Positions 48,540 to 57,852 of a DNA stretch of 64,000 bases are shown piece by piece. The stretch lies in IMG/VR virus record IMGVR_UViG_3300023048_000001, positions 32,001 to 96,000 of that record, one strand, 5' to 3'. The position numbers were made by a program, and so were the translations under genes. Numbering within the stretch: position 1 is the stretch's first letter; each line of letters opens with the position of its first letter. The notes under the pieces were generated by a model that was given only the letters and a program-made list of their open reading frames with translations, was not told where the DNA came from and made no database searches. This DNA is from a virus (lineage: Duplodnaviria; Caudoviricetes).

Positions 48540-48827
48540 GTGTTATTAAGTAAGTTCGACCTTAACAATGTTAATTTTTGGAATAAGTATACCTGTACTA
48601 TCGAAGGTACGGTTACAGATGGTGTGACTTTAAATTATGGGACGCAACGCCTTGAGCTTCACTTCAAGTTTCCTAGAAGTAAAGGTATGTGTTACTTTGA
48701 ATCATTTAGGGATTACGCAGAGACATTCTCTAAGACTTTAGAGTATATGGAGTTGGTGGATCAACTCAAAATTGCGTTGCCTTATCTTGAGCATATATAC
48801 TCACATACGGAGCTATTGTGTGGATAA
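48540..48827 (+). CDS. Hypothetical protein
   Basis: GTG start with RBS GGAG. Confidence 0.65.
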   Translation: MLLSKFDLNNVNFWNKYTCTIEGTVTDGVTLNYGTQRLELHFKFPRSKGMCYFESFRDYAETFSKTLEYMELVDQLKIALPYLEHIYSHTELLCG

Positions 48828-49152
48828 GACAAAGAAAATTAAAGAGAAAGAGTTAAGGCAGGAGCTAGTGTCTGAGAAGACATTCACTGAGTTAACCCAA
48901 AAGATAGCAGAATATCTTTATAGTTATACGATTAGAACAAAGGATCACGTCTCAAAAGAGCGTCCTAAGATCATCGGTGGCGTATCTTTCTGGCTTGAAC
49001 AAAAGACCATAGATGACACGCCACAAATAATGTTAATGTACAATGTACATCCTAAAAATTGGAACGTTAACAGAGTTACTTACGAATTCGACCTTGAAGA
49101 AAAGGAATACCTAGAATACTTCCTAGGTGTACCATTCCATGTCAATCACTGA
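48820..49152 (+). CDS. Hypothetical protein
   Basis: GTG 48820 with RBS GGAG preferred over 48772. Confidence 0.6.
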   Translation: MDKTKKIKEKELRQELVSEKTFTELTQKIAEYLYSYTIRTKDHVSKERPKIIGGVSFWLEQKTIDDTPQIMLMYNVHPKNWNVNRVTYEFDLEEKEYLEYFLGVPFHVNH

Positions 49153-49319
49153 CCTAGCATCTTCTTAAAGATAGTTGTGGTCAGCTTGTAGAAGCGTACC
49201 GAGCCTTCCCTAAACCCTTCATCTTTAGCCTTTTCCTTGGCTTCTTCCCAACGCTTCTCAGCCTCTTCAACACTGATACCAGCTTTGACCGCAAAACTCT
49301 TCACAACTGATGACGGCAT
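49146..49319 (-). CDS. 57-aa late protein (MPSSVVKSFAVKAG...; not in ORF track)
   Basis: RBS AGGAG and late motif AATAAATA 49342-49349. Confidence 0.8.
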   Translation of the reverse strand: MPSSVVKSFAVKAGISVEEAEKRWEEAKEKAKDEGFREGSVRFYKLTTTIFKKMLGQ

Positions 49320-49350
49320 TGCCGTTCTCCTTTAAAGAAAATATTTATTC

Positions 49351-49695
49351 TTAATGGAAAACGGTGGTGTTATTCCACTCGCGTAGCAAGCCATTACTCA
49401 TGCATAGGGTGTCGTCATCGTCTAGATCACCCACATCTAAAGATTTGCCTTCAGGATCATAAACCGGCGTTGAATGGATGGGCAGCATCGTGAAATTCTT
49501 TCCTTCAGTGTCATCAACTGCAACAACATAGATTCTACCTTTAGATAAGAAATCATCTTCAAGATGAATATTGATTTCTTTAAACTCTGTCAGAGGGCAC
49601 CATGGCTCTTTCTGATCGATGATGCCGAAGAATACTTTATCGTTAGACCTGTAAGCAATGCTGTTATAGAACATCTTTAAATTAACCTCTGGCAA
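49351..49695 (-). CDS. Hypothetical protein
   Basis: ORF in operon. Confidence 0.65.
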   Translation of the reverse strand: MPEVNLKMFYNSIAYRSNDKVFFGIIDQKEPWCPLTEFKEINIHLEDDFLSKGRIYVVAVDDTEGKNFTMLPIHSTPVYDPEGKSLDVGDLDDDDTLCMSNGLLREWNNTTVFH

Positions 49696-49996
49696 GTACT
49701 AGACTACGAGTACGCTCAACATACGCGTTTTCTAGAGCTTCCGCTAGAGGGAAGGTGTAACCAATACCACTGTGGAGGATACGTAGGTGAATGCCCTTCT
49801 CATCTAGTTTGCCTAGAGGCATGACATCGGTGAAGGACACCTTGGTACCGTTTTCACCCTCTTCAACGTTAATGGCTAGAGCATTGGTGACGTGAAGATA
49901 CTGTCCATCTGAATCTGAGACCTTTGCAGCGAACAACTGACCATTGTTTAAAAATAGACCGACCGGCTGGTTCTTAATACTATCAAATACTGACAT
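49682..49996 (-). CDS. Sm/LSm-like small beta-barrel protein (tentative)
   Basis: LFLNNGQLFAAKV...LHVTNAL pattern. Confidence 0.45.
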   Translation of the reverse strand: MSVFDSIKNQPVGLFLNNGQLFAAKVSDSDGQYLHVTNALAINVEEGENGTKVSFTDVMPLGKLDEKGIHLRILHSGIGYTFPLAEALENAYVERTRSLVLARG

Positions 49997-50012
49997 TTTT
50001 CTTTTCCTGTTA

Positions 50013-50729
50013 TTATTCTGGTTTTACGTAAATTAATTCTTCAATATATGAGCGATCATCCTTGAATAGGGGAAGCTCAGTTGAAGGGAGTAATTCGTCT
50101 TTGCGCATTGCTACACCATGACGAAATACAGTTGGTAGATCATCCCATGATTTACCCTTTTCAGCAAGTAATTCTTTCATTGCAATAGAATTCTTACCTT
50201 GAATTTCCTTATGTCCTAAAACATCATTGGCGTACATGCTAACGCTGTTACGGATACCGTCATGCTGACGATAGATAAAGTAATTAACTACTTCATCCTT
50301 AGGAAGGTTGAACACACGAGCATCAAAAAATGCTGTGGTAAAATTATGCTTAGCTGATTCGGCATTGAATATACCGGTAGTTAAGCTTGCAGAAACGGAT
50401 ACCATCTTCTGCACTGTGCTACCAAACCATGATTCTGTTGATAGATTATCGTAGTCACGTAGAAATAATGATATTTCATCTGACTGTGAAAATGCAAATA
50501 CACAACCCTGAATTTCTTTCATAAGAAACTGCATTGTTTTCTGCATAATCTGTGGTAGACGTGGATCAAAGGGACGTTCTAGGTTTGTAGTTGTCCAGTT
50601 CTTAAACGCCTTACCATCTAAACGAATGATAGTTGGAGTACGTCTCATCAAATGTTTGGTTTCTACTTGCTCATATGCCTTCATTCTATCTGTTAGTGAA
50701 GGGCTTGATGCTTTGTCTGTATGTTTCAT
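50013..50729 (-). CDS. thg1: tRNA(His) guanylyltransferase Thg1-like protein
   Basis: DRMKAYE, IIRLDGKAF, QSDEISL, FDARVF, YFIYRQ.D..RNS. Confidence 0.95.
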   Translation of the reverse strand: MKHTDKASSPSLTDRMKAYEQVETKHLMRRTPTIIRLDGKAFKNWTTTNLERPFDPRLPQIMQKTMQFLMKEIQGCVFAFSQSDEISLFLRDYDNLSTESWFGSTVQKMVSVSASLTTGIFNAESAKHNFTTAFFDARVFNLPKDEVVNYFIYRQHDGIRNSVSMYANDVLGHKEIQGKNSIAMKELLAEKGKSWDDLPTVFRHGVAMRKDELLPSTELPLFKDDRSYIEELIYVKPE

Positions 50730-51761
50730 TTAATCTCCGAATAAAGTGTTGTGAGTTCTATTTGCTCTTATGAATGTAGCGTTTTTATTGAATTCGGAAA
50801 GATTCTTAGCATTAATATATGTGCCAGTTGATCGTAATCCACCTTGGATTTTTTCAACTGTATTACTAACCGATCCTTTATACTCGACTAAGGTTCTAAT
50901 ACCCTCAGAAGCACGGTACTTTGCCATACCACCGTGAAAATTTTCCATGGCTGTTTCGGAAGACATTCCATAGAATTCCATTTTCCCATCTACAAGATGA
51001 CCACCACATTCATCATGGCCTGCAAACATAGTTCCAGACATAACAAAATGTGCGCCAGCAGCGAATGCTTTGCTGAAATCGGATGGGACATTGCATCCAC
51101 CATCTGAACATAGGAGGCCACCCATCTTGTTAACAGCATCAATAGTTTCAAGGATAGCTGAGAACTGAGGGATACCTACACCGGCCACTGTACGTGTTCT
51201 ACAAACGGCTGAAGAGCCGATGCCAACCTTTACGATGTCTGCACCATAATCTAGGAGTGCTGTCGCACCTTCGGGCGTAACAACATTACCAGCCATAATA
51301 ATAGAACCACGGGCGCGAGTTCTAACCCTAGAAACGAATTCATGGAATGACTTCATGTATCCATTAGCAACATCAATGCATATCAGCTTAGGTACACCAT
51401 ACGTTGCACAGAAGTCATTGAACTTCGCAATATCACTTTCACTCATTCCAAGTGTATAAAATACATGTCGGTCTAGTTCGTCATCTTCCTGACTTGTGTA
51501 GAAGTCGTATAGCTCCTGAAGGCTATAATGTTTATGTAGTGCACAGAACATATCATTACTAGCTAATGCTCTTGCCATTTCGAATGTTGAAACTGAACTC
51601 ATATTCGCGGAGATAATTGGTACTCCGCGAATAGTCTGCTTAGCATGTAGTGTTAGATGTTGTGTTACTAGAGAAACCTGCTTGCGTGATGAAAGGGATG
51701 AAATCTTTGGCTCAAGTAATACATCCTTAAAATCTAGCTTAATATCGTCTTTAATAATCAT
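50730..51761 (-). CDS. guaC: GMP reductase
   Basis: KLDFKDVL, PIISANM, CIDVANGY, AGNVVT, KVGIG...C.TR, FYGMSS, RASEG. Confidence 0.93.
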   Translation of the reverse strand: MIIKDDIKLDFKDVLLEPKISSLSSRKQVSLVTQHLTLHAKQTIRGVPIISANMSSVSTFEMARALASNDMFCALHKHYSLQELYDFYTSQEDDELDRHVFYTLGMSESDIAKFNDFCATYGVPKLICIDVANGYMKSFHEFVSRVRTRARGSIIMAGNVVTPEGATALLDYGADIVKVGIGSSAVCRTRTVAGVGIPQFSAILETIDAVNKMGGLLCSDGGCNVPSDFSKAFAAGAHFVMSGTMFAGHDECGGHLVDGKMEFYGMSSETAMENFHGGMAKYRASEGIRTLVEYKGSVSNTVEKIQGGLRSTGTYINAKNLSEFNKNATFIRANRTHNTLFGD

Positions 51762-51768
51762 TAAAACC

Positions 51769-52227
51769 TCAACGTGGAGCTAGATTGTACGTCTTAATCA
51801 TACACGATAGCAAATATTCTCTACCTTCATCGGAAATGTATGGATTGATTTTCCACTTATTGGCTTCTAGATTAGCCATTATCTCTTGAGCTTCCTGTCT
51901 AGTAACGGATACATTATAGATTCTTTCCGGTAGCACACATGCTGCTGCCGTAATAGCTCCGTCTAATGAATCAGCATCTTCATAGAAGCAAGTTACTGGA
52001 ATAACTTCCATTAAATGACCAGAAGAAAAATTGCACAGATTATGGAAAGCCTGACGCACACCCTTGCTGTTGATAGCATCAAGAATGATGATGGTTTTAT
52101 GGTTTGTCGCCCACTCTTTGTAAAAGTCATTGTTTTGTAATGAAAGATTACTCACACAGTGAGCAGTCTGAAGGCCGTATTGTAGTTGATTTAGGTATAA
52201 ACCATTGACGAATGAATATAGTCTCAT
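51769..52227 (-). CDS. Pth2-fold protein (phage peptidyl-tRNA hydrolase-like)
   Basis: LYSFVN...GLQTAHC...WATNHKTIIIL...FYED...ITAA. Confidence 0.55.
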   Translation of the reverse strand: MRLYSFVNGLYLNQLQYGLQTAHCVSNLSLQNNDFYKEWATNHKTIIILDAINSKGVRQAFHNLCNFSSGHLMEVIPVTCFYEDADSLDGAITAAACVLPERIYNVSVTRQEAQEIMANLEANKWKINPYISDEGREYLLSCMIKTYNLAPR

Positions 52228-52284
52228 TTTGAAACCCTTGTGATTTGTTTTTATAAATAGATAAGATTTGAGGAATCAACAATA

Positions 52285-52659
52285 ATGGAAACACTTAGAA
52301 CATTTCTAAACGAATTTGCTGTCCTATCCCTACCTACACCGGATGAGGATGGTAGCGCAGATTCCGATTTAGATCAAGACGAGTTTTCATTCTCAGCGGG
52401 TCCAGAAGGCGATGAATTCTCTTTTGGTGCTGACGATGAAGCTGGTGCCAGTGAAGATGATGAAATGGGTTGCGAATGCAATTGCCCAAGCCATAAGAAG
52501 TTTGACGCACAGGGTTCAGAAGACCTAGATGACGACAAAAGTCTTGACAGCGAAAATATTGAAGTAGTTGATGGTGATCCAGAAGGTGAAGAGGAAGAAT
52601 TCTCACTTGATGATGAAGATGAGCCAGAAGACGAAGAAAGTAAGTTTAACTTTTTCTAA
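52285..52659 (+). CDS. Highly acidic late protein
   Basis: D/E-rich; TATAAATA 52252-52259; RBS GAGGA. Confidence 0.75.
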   Translation: METLRTFLNEFAVLSLPTPDEDGSADSDLDQDEFSFSAGPEGDEFSFGADDEAGASEDDEMGCECNCPSHKKFDAQGSEDLDDDKSLDSENIEVVDGDPEGEEEEFSLDDEDEPEDEESKFNFF

Positions 52660-52667
52660 GGATACAT

Positions 52668-53180
52668 ATGGAATTACTAAAAGAAATGATGCTAGAGAGT
52701 GAACTAGCAGATATTAAAACAAAAGTTCTTGGTCTTCATAAGGCCTATAGAACAAAGCTTAATGAAGTGAAAGCATTTAATGCCAAACTTATAACAGAAG
52801 GCCTAGAAGAAGGTGTATTGGATTTTGAAAGTGATGATCTAGGTTATCAGTTTGATGAAATCAAAAAGCGTTTTCAGGCTTCACAGCAGGGTATTAAGAT
52901 AGCTAACAAGTTAGGTGATCCAGAACAGAAGCGTCGAGTTTTCATTAACTTTAATAAGTTGAGAGCAGGCGTTGCTAGATTGGAAAAAGAAATTAAAGCC
53001 AAACTTGCAGAACTTGAAGCACAGATGCGTGGTCAGACTCGCCAGAATTATTTTGAACCTGAAAGCATAGCTCCAAGGACTCAGACTCAACAGGCACCTA
53101 ATCGCCCAACACCGCAAGCTCCACAGCGTCAAGCTCCACAAAGGCCAGTACAACAGCAACAGGCACAGCCTCAGCTATAA
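52668..53180 (+). CDS. Coiled-coil late protein with Q/P-rich tail
   Basis: ORF, RBS AAGGA. Confidence 0.75.
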   Translation: MELLKEMMLESELADIKTKVLGLHKAYRTKLNEVKAFNAKLITEGLEEGVLDFESDDLGYQFDEIKKRFQASQQGIKIANKLGDPEQKRRVFINFNKLRAGVARLEKEIKAKLAELEAQMRGQTRQNYFEPESIAPRTQTQQAPNRPTPQAPQRQAPQRPVQQQQAQPQL

Positions 53181-53184
53181 ACAA

Positions 53185-53209
53185 AAAGCCCGCGAAAGCG
53201 GGCTTTTTT
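53185..53209. terminator. Bidirectional intrinsic terminator
   Basis: aaagcccgc-gaaa-gcgggctttttt between convergent genes. Confidence 0.9.
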
Positions 53210-53210
53210 A

Positions 53211-54419
53211 TTAACCATTTATATGGCTCATGAATCCAATTCCAACCTTAGATTTAGAATCACCATTTGAGAATTCAGATGTGCTTTCCATGTTGAAAAT
53301 TTCACCTAATGACATAATCTTTTCTTTAGGCTTTACATCCTCACCATAAATCTGTTTAACCAATGCTTTGGTCTTATTTTCATCCAAACGAGTGAACTCA
53401 TATTCAGCAAGCAAACGACCCGGACGCTTTAGAGCATGATCAATCTGATCATAACTCGTGTTGAAGGTACAGATAACTTGGAACTTAAGACCATCACCTA
53501 GAATACCATCAGTAACATTAAGTAGGTTAGATACAGCCTGATTCATACCAGCCTCACGAGACTTAAGAACATTCTCTGCATCTTCAATGATGAGAACACT
53601 ATTCTTGTGGTCCATTAAGAATGTGAGGAACGATGGATCAGATAGGCGAGCGCTCATATCTGGTGAGATATAAATGATCTTTCGGTCAGTAGTGGTTACA
53701 AGGTGACGTAAGAAGGATGTCTTACCAGTACCATTGAAACCATGAAGCATAATAAGACCCTTGCTCTTATTGCCATTGATCGAATCCATGATCTTCGTGT
53801 AAGCATCTTTGAATGAATCATTGTAATGGTTTTCAAGATCAAACTCTTCGCCACCATCATTCACCACAGTGTCAATATTGACTTCCTTTAGATATAAGCC
53901 AGAAAGACGGCTCTCACAGATGAAGTTAATCTTGCACTTCTTAGTTTCACTCTTAGCATTTGCGTCCATGAATCCCATCAAGGATGCATATAACTTTTCA
54001 ATATAATCATCATGAACAAGTGAATCATCGTAAATAACGTTAATACTAATAAAGCCATAGGTGGCGATATTAATGTGGATCAATATGCTGGTACCTTTAC
54101 CCCTAGAGACGTAGTATCTCTGATTAAGATAGATACCCTCTCGTTCTCTTTTACCTTCAGGCTGTCTACTACTATAGTATCCAGTATGATAACTAGAAAA
54201 CAGAGTGAGAAGACCAAATTCATCGGCAATTTGTTTAAACGAATTGTCAAAATCAGCCTTCTTTACGAAGTTTTGGTATTCTACTTCTAATGCTAGGCTA
54301 GCATTATGCTTAATTCCATAATATTCATAAAACAAATCAGCAACGTTATAACTGAATGCTGAATTCCCATGAACATCCATGGAGTACGTGAAATTTCTCA
54401 TTATTATGCTTAACTCCAA
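53211..54419 (-). CDS. AAA+ ATPase
   Basis: Walker A GFNGTGKT, Walker B LIIEDAE, LLNVTDG, ALKRPGR. Confidence 0.9.
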   Translation of the reverse strand: MELSIIMRNFTYSMDVHGNSAFSYNVADLFYEYYGIKHNASLALEVEYQNFVKKADFDNSFKQIADEFGLLTLFSSYHTGYYSSRQPEGKREREGIYLNQRYYVSRGKGTSILIHINIATYGFISINVIYDDSLVHDDYIEKLYASLMGFMDANAKSETKKCKINFICESRLSGLYLKEVNIDTVVNDGGEEFDLENHYNDSFKDAYTKIMDSINGNKSKGLIMLHGFNGTGKTSFLRHLVTTTDRKIIYISPDMSARLSDPSFLTFLMDHKNSVLIIEDAENVLKSREAGMNQAVSNLLNVTDGILGDGLKFQVICTFNTSYDQIDHALKRPGRLLAEYEFTRLDENKTKALVKQIYGEDVKPKEKIMSLGEIFNMESTSEFSNGDSKSKVGIGFMSHING

Positions 54420-54457
54420 GAGATATGGTCAGATTCTACTCACCACCCCACGATTAA

Positions 54458-55201
54458 TCAAGAGTCTGAGAATTCTAATAGAGCATCCCAAGCCTTGACT
54501 TCATCACCAAGTGAAATGATATAGATTAAGTCGGATAGTTCTTTAACGTCATAGATGAAAATACGACGAGACAGTTTTGAATTGAATTTGTAAATCGTAA
54601 TATCCATAATCTGCTTACCAGACACCCACTCAAATTGCATAGTAGTTGGGGTGTTAAAGATATCCGCAGCAGTCGTAACTGACATGAATAGATCATCAGT
54701 AACTTGCTTGGCATCATGATTAAGGAACTTGGCAGGCTTGGTCTTATCACGCTTATGCCCCATCAAGATATGATCAATCATCTGAAGATTCCACAGATAC
54801 TCAGCAGAATTCTTTAACTTGATTAGTTCCTCTCTTGAGGAAGGTTCCATATATTCATTAGCTAGATACCAGCCAATCTTTGCTCTAAAATTACCAAATC
54901 CATCGATAAAGGTAACCTGTGACTCTAGGTCTTCAAGCTCTTCGATTAGATCATCCCTATTCTTAAATGCTTTAAAACGATGCATTTCATCGGCTGTGAC
55001 ACTTACGTATGCATACTTCTGGTCCTTCTTGAGGATTACAAAGTAATCTTGGTCACGTAAGTAGTCGCTAGAAATGTAGACAACATTACCAAAAAATGAG
55101 AAATACTCATTGATGTTGGCGTAATCGTACATGTTCTGCTTGAATGTCTGTTTATCTTTCATTAGTTTGTATTTCTCTTTTAGTATTTTGAAAAGCTTCA
55201 T
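54458..55201 (-). CDS. Hypothetical protein
   Basis: ORF in tandem array. Confidence 0.7.
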   Translation of the reverse strand: MKLFKILKEKYKLMKDKQTFKQNMYDYANINEYFSFFGNVVYISSDYLRDQDYFVILKKDQKYAYVSVTADEMHRFKAFKNRDDLIEELEDLESQVTFIDGFGNFRAKIGWYLANEYMEPSSREELIKLKNSAEYLWNLQMIDHILMGHKRDKTKPAKFLNHDAKQVTDDLFMSVTTAADIFNTPTTMQFEWVSGKQIMDITIYKFNSKLSRRIFIYDVKELSDLIYIISLGDEVKAWDALLEFSDS

Positions 55202-55205
55202 TTTG

Positions 55206-55745
55206 TCAGACCATGTTCTTTAGAATATCTTCCCATGAAGCTTCTAAAGAATTCTCAATGGCTTCAATAAGTTCAAAATATTTATTCTCTATTTTTTTAC
55301 ATGCACTTTCATCAAGGTAGACTGGTCTAGGGTTGATCGTGGCAGCTTTATGCTGATAGTCAAATAGTGCATCCTTAACTTCAACTTGCTCAAGCTTATA
55401 TGGATCATTAATTGAGATAAGGAATGAATATTTTAGAGGTTCAGTAGTTATACCTAGATCACCTCTGCGTCTTGAATCTAGTGATTTGCTGCTCAAGTAG
55501 AAGTGACGATTTATGTGAAGGTGATATGAACCTTCAAAATTATTATGAGATTTATCAAAGTTTAGGTTTGTAAAATATTCTACTAGTTTTGAATATCCTA
55601 CATTCTCATTGTATTCTTGTTCCATACCATTAAGTTTAGCTCCAATAGCGTTCATTCTAGATAAAAGAGTATCAAACACGACTTCTTTACCAGTTATGGG
55701 ATCAATATGAACTTCATATCTAGCAGGACGGTAATACATGTTCAT
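55206..55745 (-). CDS. Hypothetical protein
   Basis: ORF in tandem array. Confidence 0.7.
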   Translation of the reverse strand: MNMYYRPARYEVHIDPITGKEVVFDTLLSRMNAIGAKLNGMEQEYNENVGYSKLVEYFTNLNFDKSHNNFEGSYHLHINRHFYLSSKSLDSRRRGDLGITTEPLKYSFLISINDPYKLEQVEVKDALFDYQHKAATINPRPVYLDESACKKIENKYFELIEAIENSLEASWEDILKNMV

Positions 55746-55747
55746 AG

Positions 55748-56113
55748 TTATACCTCAAAATAATCAAGAAGTCCATGGGTATATTCATTCAATGATTTTT
55801 CAGTAATATCTTCAACTTTAGCAAAAACCTCATTAAGAGCCAGAGCAAGTTTTATTTTCTCAAACTCATCGGGTGTAACAGTTTCATAATTCAATGTATT
55901 AACTACAAGAATTACTTCACCATTATCATCAATAACTAATCTTCGATGAATAACATCGAAATTAATAATCTTAGCTTGCATGATTGCTGTAGTGGTTATG
56001 AATGATGTCATACCAAATGTAAAACTATATTGATTTGCTAACATAATAACTGGTGAGTTTGCAAGCTTTTTACAGTAATCAGAGATTTCTGAAATTGTTT
56101 CTTTATGGTTCAT
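55748..56113 (-). CDS. Hypothetical protein
   Basis: ORF; extended -10 TGgTATAAT upstream at about 56140-56148. Confidence 0.7.
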   Translation of the reverse strand: MNHKETISEISDYCKKLANSPVIMLANQYSFTFGMTSFITTTAIMQAKIINFDVIHRRLVIDDNGEVILVVNTLNYETVTPDEFEKIKLALALNEVFAKVEDITEKSLNEYTHGLLDYFEV

Positions 56114-56198
56114 ACTACATACTTCCGATATATTGACACATTATACCAATTATTACCTTAACCTACTTAAAATTTTAAATTTAAGTCATTATAACTAC

Positions 56199-56864
56199 TT
56201 AATTATCATTTAAATAACTAATCTTCCCATTAGCCCAATCAATTATATTTTCACCCAAGAAGTTCTCGATAATCTCAAATAAATTATTGATAATTTTTGC
56301 ATGCAAATAATAGGGTGAATGATTAATGGTTCCAAGCGGTGTAACCGCTTGCTTAAATCTTAAGAAGTCTTGTGAAATTAAACGGCTTGGCGTTTCATTA
56401 TTTGGAGATTTCCACTCATAGCTGACAGTTAATTTGTGATTTACGTCGAATTCCATAACCAAATTAGTTGATGTTCCTTTTTGAGTATCATTATCAATAG
56501 ATAATATCTCAATAATTTCTTTTGTATTAGTAAAGCCTTTATGAGTTTTCTCTTTAACTGTTTTATGATATACAGAAATTATTGAAACATCGACAGAATA
56601 ATATTTCTCAATATATTCTTTAATCTTATCCACAGTGGGGTTGTTTGGCTCAGGGAGTGAGTAATCCATCTCTGGTACCATAGTTCTAATTGAAATGTGT
56701 TCAACAAACTTTTTAGATATTTTTGGAATATTGATGATGAGTGTGTCTAATGTAAGATCACCAATGCTAGATGTTGCATTATTAAAACTAAAATTAGGCA
56801 TAATTGTTCGTCCAAAAAGAAAGGCAGACTCCATATTACTGGAATCTGCCCTAATATCAAGCAA
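56199..56864 (-). CDS. Hypothetical protein (start uncertain)
   Basis: ORF in tandem array. Confidence 0.65.
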   Translation of the reverse strand: MLDIRADSSNMESAFLFGRTIMPNFSFNNATSSIGDLTLDTLIINIPKISKKFVEHISIRTMVPEMDYSLPEPNNPTVDKIKEYIEKYYSVDVSIISVYHKTVKEKTHKGFTNTKEIIEILSIDNDTQKGTSTNLVMEFDVNHKLTVSYEWKSPNNETPSRLISQDFLRFKQAVTPLGTINHSPYYLHAKIINNLFEIIENFLGENIIDWANGKISYLNDN

Positions 56865-56870
56865 TTAAAC

Positions 56871-57293
56871 TTACTTAAAGATAGCGTTTGCAAACACATT
56901 ATCAAAAGCAGTTTCGTATCTTTTAATTAGTGCAACAATATTTTTATATTCACCCATGTGATCAGTAGTAATAGCACTGACAGGACATGACTGCTTGACG
57001 AATTCTTCTTCGTCATCAACACCAAGTGGCTTTACCACACTTAGGCAGTACTTCTTTTTATTCCAATGTAAGGTAATCCAATATGTGATTCCATTAATCT
57101 GGAAGTCAACCATTTTGAATTCTTTCTTAATTCTATCCTTTCTATCAAATAAAGTAGAAACAGTAGGGCCATCAATCCAGTCAAATGACTTAGCAGTCTC
57201 AAGCGCGTGAATTACTTCTTCAATTTTGGATAGCTTTACTGCATTTGGAACTAAATCACGATGAAAAATTTTATTAAACATAATTAAACTCAC
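56871..57293 (-). CDS. Hypothetical protein
   Basis: ORF in tandem array. Confidence 0.65.
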   Translation of the reverse strand: MSLIMFNKIFHRDLVPNAVKLSKIEEVIHALETAKSFDWIDGPTVSTLFDRKDRIKKEFKMVDFQINGITYWITLHWNKKKYCLSVVKPLGVDDEEEFVKQSCPVSAITTDHMGEYKNIVALIKRYETAFDNVFANAIFK

Positions 57294-57793
57294 GAAAGAT
57301 TGCTAATCCAGTTACTTGCTTCTTTAACATCATCAGTCTTTGAATCTAGAAGCACATTAATGTGTTGAGTGACACTATCAAGAAGGTCTTCATGACCAAC
57401 TTCAAGCTTAGCCTCAGCCGTTGTTGCGTGCATATCATACGCACTGTTGGCATACACCAAGAAGGTTTCAATGTCTCCACCAATAACATTAATGTAAACT
57501 GATACCTTCTCACCAAGATCACCAACAAACTCTACCTGATATGAGCGTTTTGGATTTAAGGAACTTTCTACATATCCATGATAAGTACCCCAAGTTTCTT
57601 GGAAGCCACCTAATGAATTTACAAGACGACTAACTGTGGAGTTAAATTCGCCAGCAACGAAACGCTGTAGCGTAGATACGAATCCATCAACATTAGAAAC
57701 AGATTCGTTAGGTGTAGCAGGCTGATCCATTACAATGTAACGTTCCATTACCTTTACATGATTTTCAATTAGTTCGCGTGCGGTCTGTGTCAT
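57290..57793 (-). CDS. Hypothetical protein, paralog family member
   Basis: MERYI...SNVDGFV motif. Confidence 0.7.
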   Translation of the reverse strand: MTQTARELIENHVKVMERYIVMDQPATPNESVSNVDGFVSTLQRFVAGEFNSTVSRLVNSLGGFQETWGTYHGYVESSLNPKRSYQVEFVGDLGEKVSVYINVIGGDIETFLVYANSAYDMHATTAEAKLEVGHEDLLDSVTQHINVLLDSKTDDVKEASNWISNLS

Positions 57794-57805
57794 ATCTTTC
57801 CTTAA

Positions 57806-57846
57806 TTAGGTGAGTAGCATATCTATGTTATGAGTTATAATCAACT
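57806..57846 (-). repeat. 41-bp promoter cassette, copy 1
   Basis: 38/41 identical to 58390-58430; contains TTGATT-N17-TATGCT on the minus strand. Confidence 0.85.
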
Positions 57847-57852
57847 TGAAGT

